The notes below the pieces were generated by a model that searched no databases, was not told the DNA's origin, and saw only the letters and a program-made list of their open reading frames with translations. A program made the translations under genes and the position numbers. From assembly GCF_000143415.4 (NCBI RefSeq), contig NW_003314319.1, forward strand, positions 772,365 through 836,364: 64,000 nt of DNA, given 5' to 3'. Below, piece after piece: positions 50,688-64,000 of the stretch. Each line of letters starts with the position of its first letter. The stretch's first letter is position 1. The DNA comes from Selaginella moellendorffii (Eukaryota; Plantae; Lycopodiophyta).

Positions 50688-50975
50688 ATGCTTTATTTCG
50701 TTAAAGTGGGACTTATTCAGTAAAGTGGGACATTAATTAGCATGTGTTCACATGCCATTTCCTAGTACTTAATTAATATTTATTAATATTTCTATCAGTT
50801 TTTTAATTTATTTTTTTATATTTCACAATATTATAACACAAAATCATATGAAAAGTTTTTAATTTATAAATTATAAAGTTAAAATTTCAATTTTTTATTG
50901 TTGTTATAAAAATGGCATGTGGCCACACACCATAAGTGGGATAATGAAAAGTCCCACTTTAACGAAATAAAGCAT
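50688..50975. mobile_element. 288-bp MITE of the Sola-like family
   Basis: TIRs ATGCTTTATTTCGTTAAAGTGGGA / TCCCACTTTAACGAAATAAAGCAT (22/24 identical to the large element); 4-bp TSD TTAT. Confidence 0.9.
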
Positions 50976-52201
50976 TTATAGGCTTGAAGAGAGAGAGAGT
51001 AACCTGGACTCCATCGAGGGGAGAGTTCTCCATCAGCTCGGTGAACTCCTGCTCCAACATTTGCTGCAATCCGGAAGTTTCTGCGCTGCCTTGCTACAAG
51101 CTCTTATAGCTTGGACGTAATGCACCGCTTTAAAGCCTTGCGCTCCCCTTCCAAGCGACGTGATCGATTTTCTGGCAGAGAGAACAGCGAAAGAGGGCCA
51201 ATCTATGTCGGGAGAAGCAGTCCCTGATGGTTCCCACTGGATGATCTTTGGAGGCGGTGGCGCTTCCGCAAGATCATCCATGATATCCTCGTCGCCGTCA
51301 ATCTGAGCTCTTCTTTGTTGTCGGCGTTGTACCGCCCATAGAGCCGAGCAGTCTCATCTCGCTCTAGCATCGCCGCATACAAACATCGTTCCAATGCTGC
51401 GTAGAACAAACGGATTGAGCGCACGCCTCGGCACAAGCATCCAAATCCGAGACCCCACACAAAGTGACGCACGAATTGGGCGTCACATCCTTTGCAAAGC
51501 TGCCCACTCGCTTCATCATCCGATCCGATGCGCACACACGCTTGCAAGCGAATCGATCCTGGGAATCCAAATCCTCCTGCTGCTGCTCACTCTCATCAAG
51601 CGATGATTGCTGGCGCCGCCATCTCTCCGCAATGCCACCGCCGCCGGATCATCGTGGCGGAGCCTGTGATTCCCAGTAACCCTACGGCCTCCTCCTTGCC
51701 CCTAGGGTGTAGATTATATTACGCTATGTGGATACAAGGAAAGAAAGAATATCCACTTGCTAATTGTCGAAAATTCACTTTTAGTTGCTACGGTTAGACG
51801 GTTGTTTTAAAGCAATGCCAGACCGAATCGTGCCAAACCCGAGAAAGGATAAGAGCCTCACGTCACATAGCTAGACAACGCTCTTAAAGAATTTTAGGCC
51901 CCTTTTTTTTCCACACTGGAGCACGGTGTCAATGGGAGTCGAACCCGCGACCGTTGCTAATAGCTGTCAGGATTCGAACCCGCGATGTTCTCCAAAGGCG
52001 GTAGAATGGTAAACCCGGTTGGACACGGCGGATCAACAACGCGCAGATCAACAAGGTCCCATCGATCCAATCGAGCCTCTGGAAGTGTCCAGGAGAAGGA
52101 CATTTGCTCCACGCGTCCAACTACATGACTGCCAACCTGGAGACCACGTGACGACGTAAGAACTGTGCCATTTTAGCTGAAGCGGACACGATTTTTCGAT
52201 C

Positions 52202-54401
52202 ATGGAGGTTGTGAGCGGCTTGGTGAGGCCGCTGTGTGTCTTGGGTATGGACGCTGCCAAGAAGGTATGGGACTGCAATGCCAACATTGAAAGGCTGGAG
52301 AATGCCATGGCACCCCACATCCAGGCCAAGATCAAAGCTTTCAGTGAGCACAAGGAGCGAAATGGACCTGGCTTTATGTTCTCTGAAGCGGCTCCCTCTC
52401 GCTCTGGAAGTGATTGGCAGTGCCATGGCTGTCCACAGAAGTGAAGGGCCACATGTGTGGGAAGAACGATATAAAAGGTTGCACTTGTCCAATGATCCAG
52501 ACGTTGAGAAGCAGATGTTCAAGCGCTTGAAGTTCAGCTATGACGAGCTGGGAAACTATGAGGGTGAAAAGCTGCAAGAGTGCTTTCTCTATGTGGCCGC
52601 ATTCCCAGAAGATAGGTGGATTGGGTTTACTGAGTTGAGGAACTGTTGGATGGAGGTTGGGTCAGAACTCTCACCCACAGCGATTGTCAATGAACTGGAA
52701 CGGAGATGCCTGGTGAAGATATCTAAGTCTTGGAGGGATGAAGAAGCTCCTGGTTATATAACAGTACACGATATGCTACGCAAACTGTGCATAAGAATCT
52801 TAAAAGGGAAGTACAGCCCACAGCAAGAGCACGAGAAGGGATGCCTGTTTGGATATGAGTGGACAAGTGGCATTCAGGATGCAACATTTGCTAAAGTCTC
52901 ACTCATCTCAAAGAATGTTGGCAGCTTTCTATCCGATAATCATGTGCGAGATGTCTTACTTCTGGATGAGTGTGAAGGACTTTCTAATGTGGATGACAGT
53001 CTTATCGATCACATACAAGGTGTCAAGGTATTGAGCTTGTGGCGATGCTATGAGATCCGTTTTATTCCAGAGAGCATTTCCAAGCTGAAAAACCTTCAAC
53101 TGCTTGACATTCGAGAAACAGGAGTGAGTCAATTACCAGATGCGCTTTTCAGCCTGACATCACTGAAATATCTAAAATCTACTCAGTGGATGCCGATAAA
53201 ATGTAACATTGCATTACTGCCCCAGCTCTCCAACTTGGAAGAGCTGGAGCTGAACGTTGATTCAAAAGAGGACCCCTCAGTTGTGGATTTCACTGGAATT
53301 TCGCGTAAACTAAGACTTCTAGAGCTAAGAATGATAGATGGTACAATGAAGGTTCCAGAAAGCATGGGGAAGCTGGAGCACATTGAAACATTGGATTTAC
53401 ATGCGAAGTGCATCGACTTTGTCAGTATCGTTGGGCTATGGGAACTTGTCAGCCTAACAACTTGTAAAATTTGTGTGCAATCCGTTAGTAGAGCTCCCTG
53501 GAAGCGAATGTTTAAGAAATCAATCAGGCTTAAAGTTTTTTCCATTACTGGGGTAGAAGACAGTGAAAATAATGATGACACCTTCGAATGGTTGCAACTA
53601 CGATATTTAAAAATCCGTGATATTATAAACCTATCTTGGTTGCCCCACCGCCTAGAAACACTTGAAATTGACTGCAGTGGTATCCACTTGTTCAACCTGG
53701 ATGGATCATTCCCACGTCTTGAAAAGCTGTATCTTACTCATCTACACATTGCACAGTCAGAATTCAAGGATGATTTGGCTGCCAGTCTTCCAAATCTGAA
53801 GCAGTTGGACTTTTGGCTAGCTCCTGATATTGAATGGGAGCACTTGCCTCTCTTTGTGGCACAGCTCCCCAATCGCCCCGAGAGTCTGAAACTAACGGGT
53901 TGCATAAAGAGACTGTTGTTGCCAACCGAGAGGTCGTCACTTCAGGTTAAAGATGTTTTCGTATCGAGCAAGAAGATGCAAAATGATTTCTTTGAGCCAT
54001 CAGATCAAATGACTGATATAGAAACTGTGACGTTGAGCTGTAATGAGACTATCGTTCCATCGTCCATTGCATCGCTGCCATGTTTGAAACGTCTTCACAT
54101 TTCGGGGCGAAGCGTGATACATAACGATGCACTGTGGTCCCACAATCACAGCCAGGGCGCATTTCCCAGGCTGGAAGAGCTACACTGCCCGAAAGGCATG
54201 AAAATTCCACCTTGGCTTGAGGACCGCCCCAATCTCAAGAACAAAGTTTTAATTTCCAAAGCGTTTTGGTATCGGAACGCCTGTAGTTCGACTTATTGCT
54301 CCTCTAAATCAATATATAAAACAATGCGACCGTCTTCCACCACGTCCCTGGCAATCTCTAGCACCTCGGGTTTGCTCCTTGTCGATTCCAATTCTTGTTG
54401 A
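52202..54401 (+). pseudogene. NLR copy 4: internal deletion removes most of the N-terminus and the NB subdomain; ARC2-LRR stays open in ORF 52236-54401
   Basis: N-terminal FSEAA sequence joins directly to PLALEV at ~52392 with a frame change. Confidence 0.85.
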
Positions 54402-57400
54402 GCTGCACAGCAGCACCTCCTTTGCCAGCAGCACCTCCTTTGCCGGCTCTTATCCTCGCCAGGAAACCTCTCACGAGAGCCTGCATTTTCGTCGCAGCGC
54501 CCTGGATGTACACGGCCTGGATCCGCTTCTCACGCTCGATGCGCAGAGTGAGAGGCAACCCCTGCATTAATCCGGGTCAAACGTAAGTATGAAAAGCTTG
54601 GAATAGCAGCTACTTAACAGTTGTCCGATCTTATACAGCGTCAGCATTTCCAGCAGTTCCTTGAAAGGGATTCCTTTGTTTGGAACTCAAAAACTCATCA
54701 CCTCGTACTCTACTCTCATGTACCTGACCAGAACAAAGAAAAAACGAGTGAGAGACAGAGAGAGATTGCGAGGAACATGCGAAACCATTGGGTCGCGTAT
54801 TTGTAGCGCCGGCCCAGCGGATCACCGAGGGCGTTTACAAATCGTCGCAGCTTGTGCATCCCAATGTATCCCGTAGCACTGGACGATTGTAAAGTTAGTT
54901 CCACAAGGACTTGAACGTAATTAAGTGGCTTACTTGGGATCGAATGGTTCTTGGGTCCACAAGTTTCGATATGCTAACAGGTGCTCTGGCATGACCATAG
55001 AGTTCTTGTTCACAAGGCCGAAGGTTACAGCGTCCAGTATGACAGCCACAAACAAGTTCATGAATATGTGACTCCTGACCAAGACCAAGAAGGCGAAGAA
55101 GATAATCCCGCCCTCTAGATAGCCATAATCGAGCTTGAAAAGATATGGTTTAAGTCGATACTATTGTGCTAAGCTTTGTTTTCCTTTGAAAAACTACCTA
55201 AGCTGTTTAGTTTGGCAAATCATCGCCGAGTAGTGTTTTACCGTTTGTGCAGGCGGGTGCATCAATTGTGGTATCCATCATAACGCAAGACCAGTTATCA
55301 AGAGTTGTAACCTGTAAAAGAAAAGAGAAACTGAAACTCATAGAAAAGCAAGCCTTTACCTGAAACACCGTGATGAAAGCGTTGATGAAAGTGCGAAAGT
55401 TGACAGACGGGCCAATGCAGGTCCCTTCCTTCATTGCACTGAAGAGTTGGAATGCCATCCCCGCAAACATATACATGAAATTGCGAGAAGAGCGAGTATC
55501 TCAGCTACAGTTGGCAAACAGATGAATAACCCATGCTCTCGCTACGTGAGGAATGATGCCAAAAACTCGAGCAATGTAGGCAGTGCAGCCGACATAGTCC
55601 CCTCACCGTTCCCTTCTTTCCCATGAGACCAATGGCGGCCATTATGAAGAGTCCAAACTCCATCTGCCGTGCAACCTCTTTCTTATAAACCTTCCACCGG
55701 AGAAAGGAAAAACCAGGTGGTCAAACAAAAAACAATCGAGAAAAAGATGAATCAGGTACCTCGTCGCCAAGGAACTTCATCACGGATTCAAGGAGGAAAT
55801 ATGTTGTAATCGCACAGTGAGCCATCTGACGCCGGTCCGAAACATCTGCCGACAACCCAGCATAGTTAGTCGCAAGTAGCCCGGAGTAGCCAAGGAGTGC
55901 GAGGATCATGCACTTTTGATATGTCGGATTGCGAATCAAGTAGAAGCACATCCCCCGGATGGGATTGCTTGGTCGTCGAGCCAGCGGAATAGCATAAGTT
56001 TTCTGGATGATACGGTTCATGTCCCTCCACAGCTTCTGCCTCTCTGTGAGAAGAACTGCTCCAGAATTTTTTCCAAACTCGTTGATAAACACCGATGAAA
56101 ACTCTGACGATATAAAATCCCCCGATACAGCAGAGTGCCACGAAAAACAAGGCGTTGACAGGACTCGCGTTCCGAACAGGCTGGTGGTCTTCCCTAGTGA
56201 TGTCCATGACAGGGTACATGAAGTGCGTCAACCAGTTGTCGAAAGTGGAGCAGACGAACATACTGAGGAGGGCATTCTGGATGTCGTCGAAGTGGAAAAT
56301 GTTATTAACCCAGGCTCGCGGAGCAAGGATGCCAATGTCATTAACATAGAGGCCGGTACAATATGCTCGGTGCGTGATCCTCGGGTCATTGCATTTCCAG
56401 AGAAGGCCCCGAAACTGCTGCAGCCCGATGGTTCCAAATATCAGGAGAATTGAAAATGTGAAGAGAATAACCGAAACAATTGCTGGAATAGTCCGAAAAA
56501 GATTTGATAATAATGACCTCAGTCCTGTAAACCGAACCACGAAACGAAATGGCCGAAGAGAAGTAAACGCACCGACGGTTGGTATGGAAGTTTCATTCTC
56601 AGCATTATACTTCAGAAGAATAAGCGCATCGGTGACGAGAATAAACAAGTCCAAGATGTTGTACCAGTTACTCAGGTATGCGTCTGGCACAAAAATAAGT
56701 CCCTGTGCAACGATCTTCATCAAACAGTCTAGCAAAAAGACCTGCTCCAAAACAATGTACAATGTCGAGCAAAATAAGGTAAGCATGTGCTTACCACAAA
56801 GTTGATCTTCTGCAGATTCCAGATGAAATCGGGGACAATTATCGGCTCTCCATCATCTCGCATCTCAACTACGAGCCAAGTATTGATGACCATCCAAACT
56901 ATCACAAACCACAAGTACGGTTTACTGCCGAGGATCTTCCTAGACAGGATCCTTATCGTGTTGCCCTCTCCAAACAGAAGAAGCGACCTTCTCGCAAGTA
57001 CCACGGTCTCTGTATGGTTGTAAGAGTTCTCTCGAGCTCTTCATACTCCGCAAGCTGGAAAGATTTCCTGTTGCTAGAGGCCCTGCTTAGATTTCTGCCA
57101 ATTTTTGGACTGCTGAGATGGTAAGCAGCGAATACCAGAGATAATCAAAAGTTGTCGTTCCATGGTTGGGATTCTCGTATGTCTACAAACAAAGAGATGG
57201 CTAAGGAATGAGCTTATAGAAAAAAACTCACTATACAGTTCTGAAATACGTAGCCGCCAGCAGGTTTTTTGTCACAAAAGCGCATGGGATAAGGAAGTTG
57301 CTTGTCCGCTGTTCGAAAGCACCTGCCCAGGAGGATTTTGATTTCACGTAATAAGAACTATCGAGATTACCTTTGATTCATCGAGTTTTGCAAGAACTGC

Positions 57401-58350
57401 GTGCCGAGTAGAGAATAGAAAACCAACAGAAAAAACGTCAAAAGGATAACGTTTTGGAGAGGACCAACCCTTTTTCACGGCCGCCATTGTAAAGTGTTAA
57501 CAATGCACAGATCAGCCAAAAGGAAATTTACAAACCATACTATGCCATCGGCAAAAAATGTGACGTGCTTCAACGCTAGCAGGCCCCGAACGTCGAGCCT
57601 ATTGTACGGATTCCGCATGCAGCAGTGACGACCTTTGATAAAGCCAAGAGCCGAAATTCGTAAAACCATTTCATTCCTGCAAACACAAGTGTGAGGGGAA
57701 ACCTCGAAGAGGGAAACAACGATTACGTATAAAGCGCCGTGATGAGCCCGTCCAGGAAATCGATGTTGAAACTCCGGACGTGTGTCCATCGTTCGTGCCT
57801 AGACCCAGCCATCGCTTGGAAGATAAGCACTACCATATGGGAGCATATAAGAAACACAAGAACATACTCGGCTCTCCTGCCACCAAAGCCTGTTAGAGGA
57901 AGGATGCTAAACTTCTATCCACGTACTGATTGTAGAGAAGCCTGAAAATGTATAAGCGTGACGGGCTGTAGAGGCTCCAAATTCCAAGCGCAGTGCCCTC
58001 CATTCTTGCTCCAGTCCCGACAGCAGTCCGCCTCGCCTTTCTTTTTATATTCTAGAAACAGAAAATAAGGACTCTCCAAAGTCGAAAGAAGTAAAGTTAC
58101 CATGAGCCTCTTGATTGCAGTGTAAGCCCTCTTCCAGTTCTTGGTTGCCGGGGAATCGGGAATCGCTGGGGCCAGTGCGGCAATCAATGCGGCAGACGAA
58201 AATGATGACGCTGCTCGGTCGCGATCCGGCGCTGCTTTGCTCACGCCATGAATCGGAGGCAGCTGATCCTCCCATGTCGGATGCCGATCTTAGAAATCGT
58301 GATCTTCTTGCGGGACGGGATCACTAGAAGAAGTATTTCGAGGCGATCGA
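54330..58350 (-). pseudogene. Channel copy D with internal deletion of domain II
   Basis: Colinear with copy C but jumps at ~57118 from 47445-equivalent to ~48995-equivalent sequence; CSTFDNW, QVTTLDNW, IQ motif. Confidence 0.85.
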
Positions 58351-59164
58351 TCAATCACTGCATCAGCTAAGCTACATTATGCCTCCGGCGCCTGTGAGCT
58401 TCGTCATAGCTTGCGTCGCCGCCTCGAGAGCGCTCATCCGCCGGCGAACTCCCTCCATGGCCGTCACCGCCAAGAGCCCTAAATTCAAACTACCTAATCC
58501 AAGAACGCGTGATCCAAGGGCGGCATTTTGGCCACGAGAGCCTTTTGTCCTTGCGATCGTTTTCGTTTCACAAATTTGTGAAGAACACAGTATAGGAGAA
58601 AAAATTTCTCTGCATTGATACCCTCATGATCTTAGACACTCGCTCTGGCATCGCCGCATACAAACATCGTTCCAGGGACGTGATGCTGCGTAGAACAAAC
58701 AGATCGAGCGCATGCCTCGGCACAAGCATCCAAATCCGAGACCCCACACACAGTGACGCACGAATTGGGCGTTACATCCTTTGCAAAGCTGCCCACTCGC
58801 TTCATCATCCGATCCGACGGGAATCCAAATCCTGCTGCTGCTGCTTGCTCTCATCGAGCGATGACCGCCGCCGCCGCCATCTCTCCGCAATGCCACCGCC
58901 GCCACTCTTGCCGCTCTTGCCGCGCCGGTACCGCCGGATCATCGTGGCGGAGCCTGTGATTCAAGCTTGCTCCGCGTATATTCTGGTGTGTAAAGTAGAT
59001 TTTATTTTGGCAAATTGTCAAAGAGTTATCATCTGCGATAAAATACCAGCTTTTGCCCATATCCGCGCCATGTAGCATGTCGCCCTCTCTCGTTCGTTCG
59101 TATTGCTTTCCAATATACAGGAAAGAAAGAATATCCAAGTGGAGCTCCCCCCCGTTGCGCCTCC

Positions 59165-61302
59165 TCCTGAGTCACTCTCTCTCCGCTTACTTGGCAGTGA
59201 TGTGGCATCCTTCTTTTTGTTTTTTCTCCAGCGCACTCCCTCTCCCGTCCGTCGCCGCTGTGCACGCCCTCACGACTCCCGCCTGCACTCCCACCCGCCC
59301 TTGCACGCCCAGCGTGCGCCCTAATTACTTCCACGTGGCCACAGTCCCGACACTTAGCCAAATTTCAATCAGCGCGCTCTGTTCCACCCATAATTGACCT
59401 AAAAACGTTTCCATTCACACTGGATAATTGACTTAAAAGTGTTTTTGTTTCTTTTATGATCAAGCATGGCAGCAACATCAATTTCCAGAGGTAAGCAATT
59501 AATTCAACTTTATATTGATTCAAGAAAATTATTTAAGATCCCCCATAGCTTGATGAGGTGCAAGAATTCTATGAAAAGGATTTTTTTTTGCAGAGATTTA
59601 GATTGGAATTTGTCTAAATCAAATGAAATTATAACTCCTATTGTGTATATATTACAGAAGGATATGAACAAGTTTCTAGATAGTGAGAGGAGAAAGGGTG
59701 ATGGAGTGGATTTTTGATGATTTTCCAACAAAAATCATGATCTTGGAAATTTGAAATGACCCAAAAACACAAACTTTTTATCATTAATTAGGTATATTTT
59801 TTTACAAAACATAATTACAAACTTCTTAACACAGGTATTGGTGTAAATATGAAAAACAAGATGCTTGTGAAACATTCTCTACAGTTGTTGAATCTACAGA
59901 AAAGTCAAGACTTGGAAGTAGAGGTCAAAGTTCTAACAAACAAGATCAATTTACATAGGAAGTATTCACTTTTAACTTATCGACTACATGAGAATGACGC
60001 ATAAAGTGTATGTATTTGGAAGAACACAAATCTCGAGAAAGTATTTGTCTATCAAAAAGGTGATCGATGTAAAGATTGTTTTACCATTGGGATTCAGACA
60101 ACTTGGCAACTACAAAAGATGGTGGACTTTGCAAATAATAATTTATTGAGTCTTGATGCAACTTTTGGAATTAATCGCTACAAAGTAAAATTTTCATTTA
60201 TTTTTAAGTGAATAATAATTAATAATTTACAGTTCCCATTATACATCATGCTTGCTTTTGATTATTATGGAAATGGTATTCCAATTGCATGGGTTTTAAC
60301 TTTTAGTGAGAAAGGAGAACATATAAAGAATTGAATGATAGCTTTTAAAAAATGAGTTTTAAAACACATGCCAAATTGGAAACCATGTGCAATAATGATT
60401 GATGATGTTGAAGTAGAGATTAATGCTATAACGTAATTAATTTGATATGATATTATTTATTTATTTTTCTTTTATATAGAGCTACATTTGATTGTCAAAT
60501 TCTATTATATATTTGACATGTAAGGAGGAATTGGCTCAAACATATTATTCATAAAGTGAAATTTTGGGATATTAGGATGGAAATATAAAAATGTCTCAGA
60601 GATATTATGTATCATTCAATTCACGCAGCTTTTCATGATGATAATATTATGTGAGCTGAGATTAAACAATTTATCGAACATTTTGAGGTGGATTTTCAAA
60701 ATGAAATAGCCTTTATCAAGTATTTTCAAGATGAATGGAAGGACAAAGTTGGTAAGTGAATCAATATTTTGATTTTTATAATTTATTTTAATTTATATTT
60801 GATAGATACATGGGTTGTTGCTGTTTGAAATTTCCCTCATACTTACAAGGAGACAAATAGTTTGATTAAGGCATTCCATGCAAATATGAAAGTTGCTCGC
60901 AGATTGGGCAATTCATCAACTTATTACTAAGGTTTATATAAGGTACTGGTTTACTAGTTATTGCAAAGATTATGGTTTTATTTGAAACCATGCATATGAA
61001 AAGCTAATTGATGGTGCAATTGTTAAAGCAAGAAATATCAACGACTCTCAATGGGGTCATTTATAGGGCAACTATCCAGTGTGAATGGAAATGTTTTTAA
61101 GTCATTATAGATGGAACTCGGTGATTGAAATTTGGCTAAGTGTTGGGGCTGTGGCCACGTGGAAGTAATTAGGGCACATGTTGGGCCGCGGGTGGGAGTG
61201 TGCAGTGGCGACGGACGGGAGAGGGAGTGTGCTGGAGAAAAAACAAAAAGAAGGCCTAATGCCACATCACCACCAAGTAAATGGAGAGAGAGTGAATCAG
61301 GA
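59165..61302 (+). mobile_element. MULE (Mutator-like) element with ~250-bp TIRs and a degenerate transposase (~59780-61000)
   Basis: 59165-59425 is inverted at ~61075-61302; LSLDATFGINRYK|FPLY...GNGIPIAW, IMIDD, *HVRRNW; TSD not resolved. Confidence 0.8.
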
Positions 61303-61344
61303 TAGTGTTTAATGGGAGGCATCGTTACTGTGCACTTCTGCCTG

Positions 61345-63317
61345 CCCACTCACCCTCACAGCTCCCGCTTCCCACCCGCCCCCACATGTCGGCTTGCACC
61401 CAGCATGCGCCCTAATAACTTCCACATGGCCATAGCCCTAACACTTAGCTAAATTTCAATCAGCGAGTTCCACTTATAATTGACTTAAAAATTGTCGTGA
61501 ATGTGATTTCGGGTATCGAAAGTACCTGTCGACTAGTCCTTTCGGATACTCTTTCCTTACTGCCATGACGGCAGGAGGTCAGTATTGTTGGACCCTTTAT
61601 CAATCCCTCTTGTGCTAGTGGAGTTAACTAGGCATTTCGAGTGTATTTAGACCGGACGAGCATAAGGATGGAATTCTTACGTGTTATTAGCTAAACATAC
61701 TTAGCCCAGTAAGGAGTTCCCATTTCATTATGTTTTGCACTGGCTAGTGACAAGAACCCTTACGTATTGAGATTAGTCCCTTAATATCACTAGATGATAG
61801 CTTACCATGTCTATTAAACACCTTTGCTATCATGCCCTTTGTGTTAGTCTCAATTCGGTCCCAAATGCTATTTATGGAAAGTGTCTAGATTTGCTCATTT
61901 GGCATATCTACAGAATGTAGAGATTGGCCTGAACACAATGGTATTCGTCCTGTGTCCAAATTCGCAATTTAATGCCATTCTATATTTCGTAAGTTTCAAG
62001 CTTGTCCCAGAGAGTAACTCTTGGTACTAAGGGTGGCTTGGGGTGAAGCCCAAAGTGTATGTTCCTCAAGGGGAAGGGGGTGGGGGCCTATGGGGGGTAG
62101 TAAGGATAGTGTATAGTAAGGATAGTGGGTATGTCGGGTATGGCCGACCAACCTGAGGCATAGTTTAGCTCCCGCTTGCGTGCCTGTTTTTGTTCTGCGT
62201 TTGGCTTGGGTTTAAGCCCAAGTTTCATTTCATGCTAGCTAATGGAGTACCCATGTCCTCATGTTAGGCCACTAGTATGCTGAAATAGCGCCAGACTCCG
62301 TTTGGCTCCATTTTGCATGCTAGTCTTGGCATTAGGAAGCTGGTTACTCTAGGACTGTTCCAAGTCGCTCTGGGCTCTCGTCCCTTTGCTCCTTGGGCTA
62401 TATGCTCAGGTGTTACTCTATGGTCCTCACTCCTTGGCTCCATGCTTGGGAGTTTGGCACCGTTCCTTCGTTCAGTGGCCCAAGCCCTTGAACCTCGGGT
62501 TCCACACCACGTTCCTTTGGACACATGGCATGTGACACATGGCATCTGTCATGTGGCATAAAGAGGGTTTAGGTTCTGCTTCGTGGTGTTATCCTATGGT
62601 AGGATAAAGGGTAAAAACCACGTGCAGTACAAAAATATTTCCATTCACACCAGAAAGTTGCCTCATAAATGACATAAAAACGTTTCTGTTTCTTTTATGA
62701 TCAAGCATGGTGGCAACATATCAATTTCCATTTCCAGAGGTAAATAATTAATTCAACTTCATATTGATTCAAGAAAATCATTTAGGATCCCAATGAGGTG
62801 CAAGAATTCCATGAAGAGGATTATTTTTGTGTAGATGATTTAGATTTGTGAGTATGTTTTCTTTCAGATGAGAGTATTGAGACATAAATAGTTTGATTGA
62901 GAGATTCCATGTAAATATGAAAGTTATACTCGTCCGAAAAAAAACACATTCACAATCTAAATCATCTACACAAAAATAATCCTTTTCATGGAATTCTTGC
63001 AAAAGGATTCTGAATGATTTTCTTGAATCAATATGAAGTTGAATTGATTGTTACCTTTGGAAATTGATATGCTGCCACCATGCTTGATCATAAAAGAAAC
63101 AAAAACTTTTTTAAGTCAATTATATCCAGCATGAATGGGTGGGCTAAGTGTTAGGGCTGTGGCCACGTGGAAGTTTTTAGGGCGTATGTTGGGCACAGGC
63201 GGACGTGCGGGGGCAGGCGGGAGCCGTGAGGGCGAGCGGGTGGGCGGGAGTGCGTGGTGGCGACGGACGGGAGAGGGACCGCGCTGGAGAAAAAACAAAA
63301 AGAAGGTTTGATGCCAC
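61345..63317. mobile_element. Non-autonomous palindromic MULE derivative of the same TIR family, interrupted by LTRs
   Basis: TIR-like 61345-61492 resumes at 62637; inverted arm ~62950-63317. Confidence 0.7.
61493..62631. mobile_element. Solo LTR (1139 bp)
   Basis: TGT...ACA termini with 5-bp TSD AAAAT; removing it restores the MULE TIR sequence seen at ~59395-59420. Confidence 0.85.
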
Positions 63318-64000
63318 TGTAAGCGACTAATTTTTCCATTTTACTTTAGTCACTTAACTGCACCTCCGACCACTTGGAGGAGTCTCATTCACAACCTCCA
63401 TAAGTCCCAGTTAGGACTTGGGGCTTGCCAGCCCTAAGAATGGCTTCCATGCCACTCAACCTTTGCACTTGGTCCAAGTGCTCCACGTGTCCGATCCCAT
63501 TACCGACACCCCAGGGTACCACTGACATACCAACCCATTACGCTAGGCCATACCCATTCACCTTGGTCACACTGGCGGTCTAACGCCACCTGCATCATAA
63601 TCCTATCTCTCAAAGACTGGGCCATCCGTCCATGAGCGATCATCCCAGATCCACTCCTTAGCATCCTTAGGATGCCCGCAGAGATGGGGAATAGCCTTCC
63701 CTGACAACTCTTTTCCAGTCCCCACCAAGTCCCTTTTAGTCTATGGCCGTGTTCACCAACACTGCCACTGGATCAAGGCCCGCAGGCCTGACTGCTAAGT
63801 CCCACTATCCTTTGGGACTTCCTCACCATGTGACCATATCCTTGGTCACTGCATTAGAGGCCTACTCCTCTTCCCTTTCACCGTTTGGGACTTTGGGACA
63901 ACATTTCGGAACACCGTGGCCTTACGCAAGCCTCATGGGTACTCTCCCCGCCTTTCGCCTTTAGGTGCTCTAGCCATGGGCTTAGAGCGAGGTTCCGTTG
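63318..64000. mobile_element. LTR (partial, runs off the window), same family as 13408-15223 in opposite orientation
   Basis: Starts TGTAAGCGACTAA, the reverse complement of the 15211-15223 end; homology continues to the window end. Confidence 0.85.

Noticed and set aside
51928-51990. Two GGTTCGA T-loop/B-box-like motifs on the - strand (similar at ~38000-38035)
   Set aside because: No complete cloverleaf or A-box could be traced; at most a tRNA/SINE remnant. tRNAscan-SE would decide

Overview
Eukaryotic, plant-type genomic DNA with ~45-80 nt introns, NLR, thaumatin and MAP65 genes and a four-domain cation channel; it resembles a lycophyte such as Selaginella (inference). The region is a decaying tandem array of convergent NB-ARC-LRR (+) and four-domain voltage-gated Ca2+-channel-like (-) genes, interrupted by nested transposons. 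These are a foldback hAT (1031-4553), a Gypsy LTR retrotransposon (7152-27937), two solo LTRs, a partial LTR and MULE elements. The standout is a 15.8-kb DNA transposon (7937-23730) inserted in the Gypsy integrase, with 24-bp TIRs, a 4-bp TSD and a Sola-type DDD transposase. It carries a divergently oriented cargo region encoding a ParB/Srx-like domain, a degenerate beta-class DNA amino-methyltransferase-like domain and an FCP1/HAD-like phosphatase. It also holds about 25 copies of a 22-bp palindrome (consensus ATGGCRTGWGG|CCWCAYGCCAT) in intergenic DNA, small introns and coding frames. A 288-bp MITE of the same family (50688-50975) keeps the TIRs and two palindromes. All domain calls come from visual motif recognition; no searches were run.
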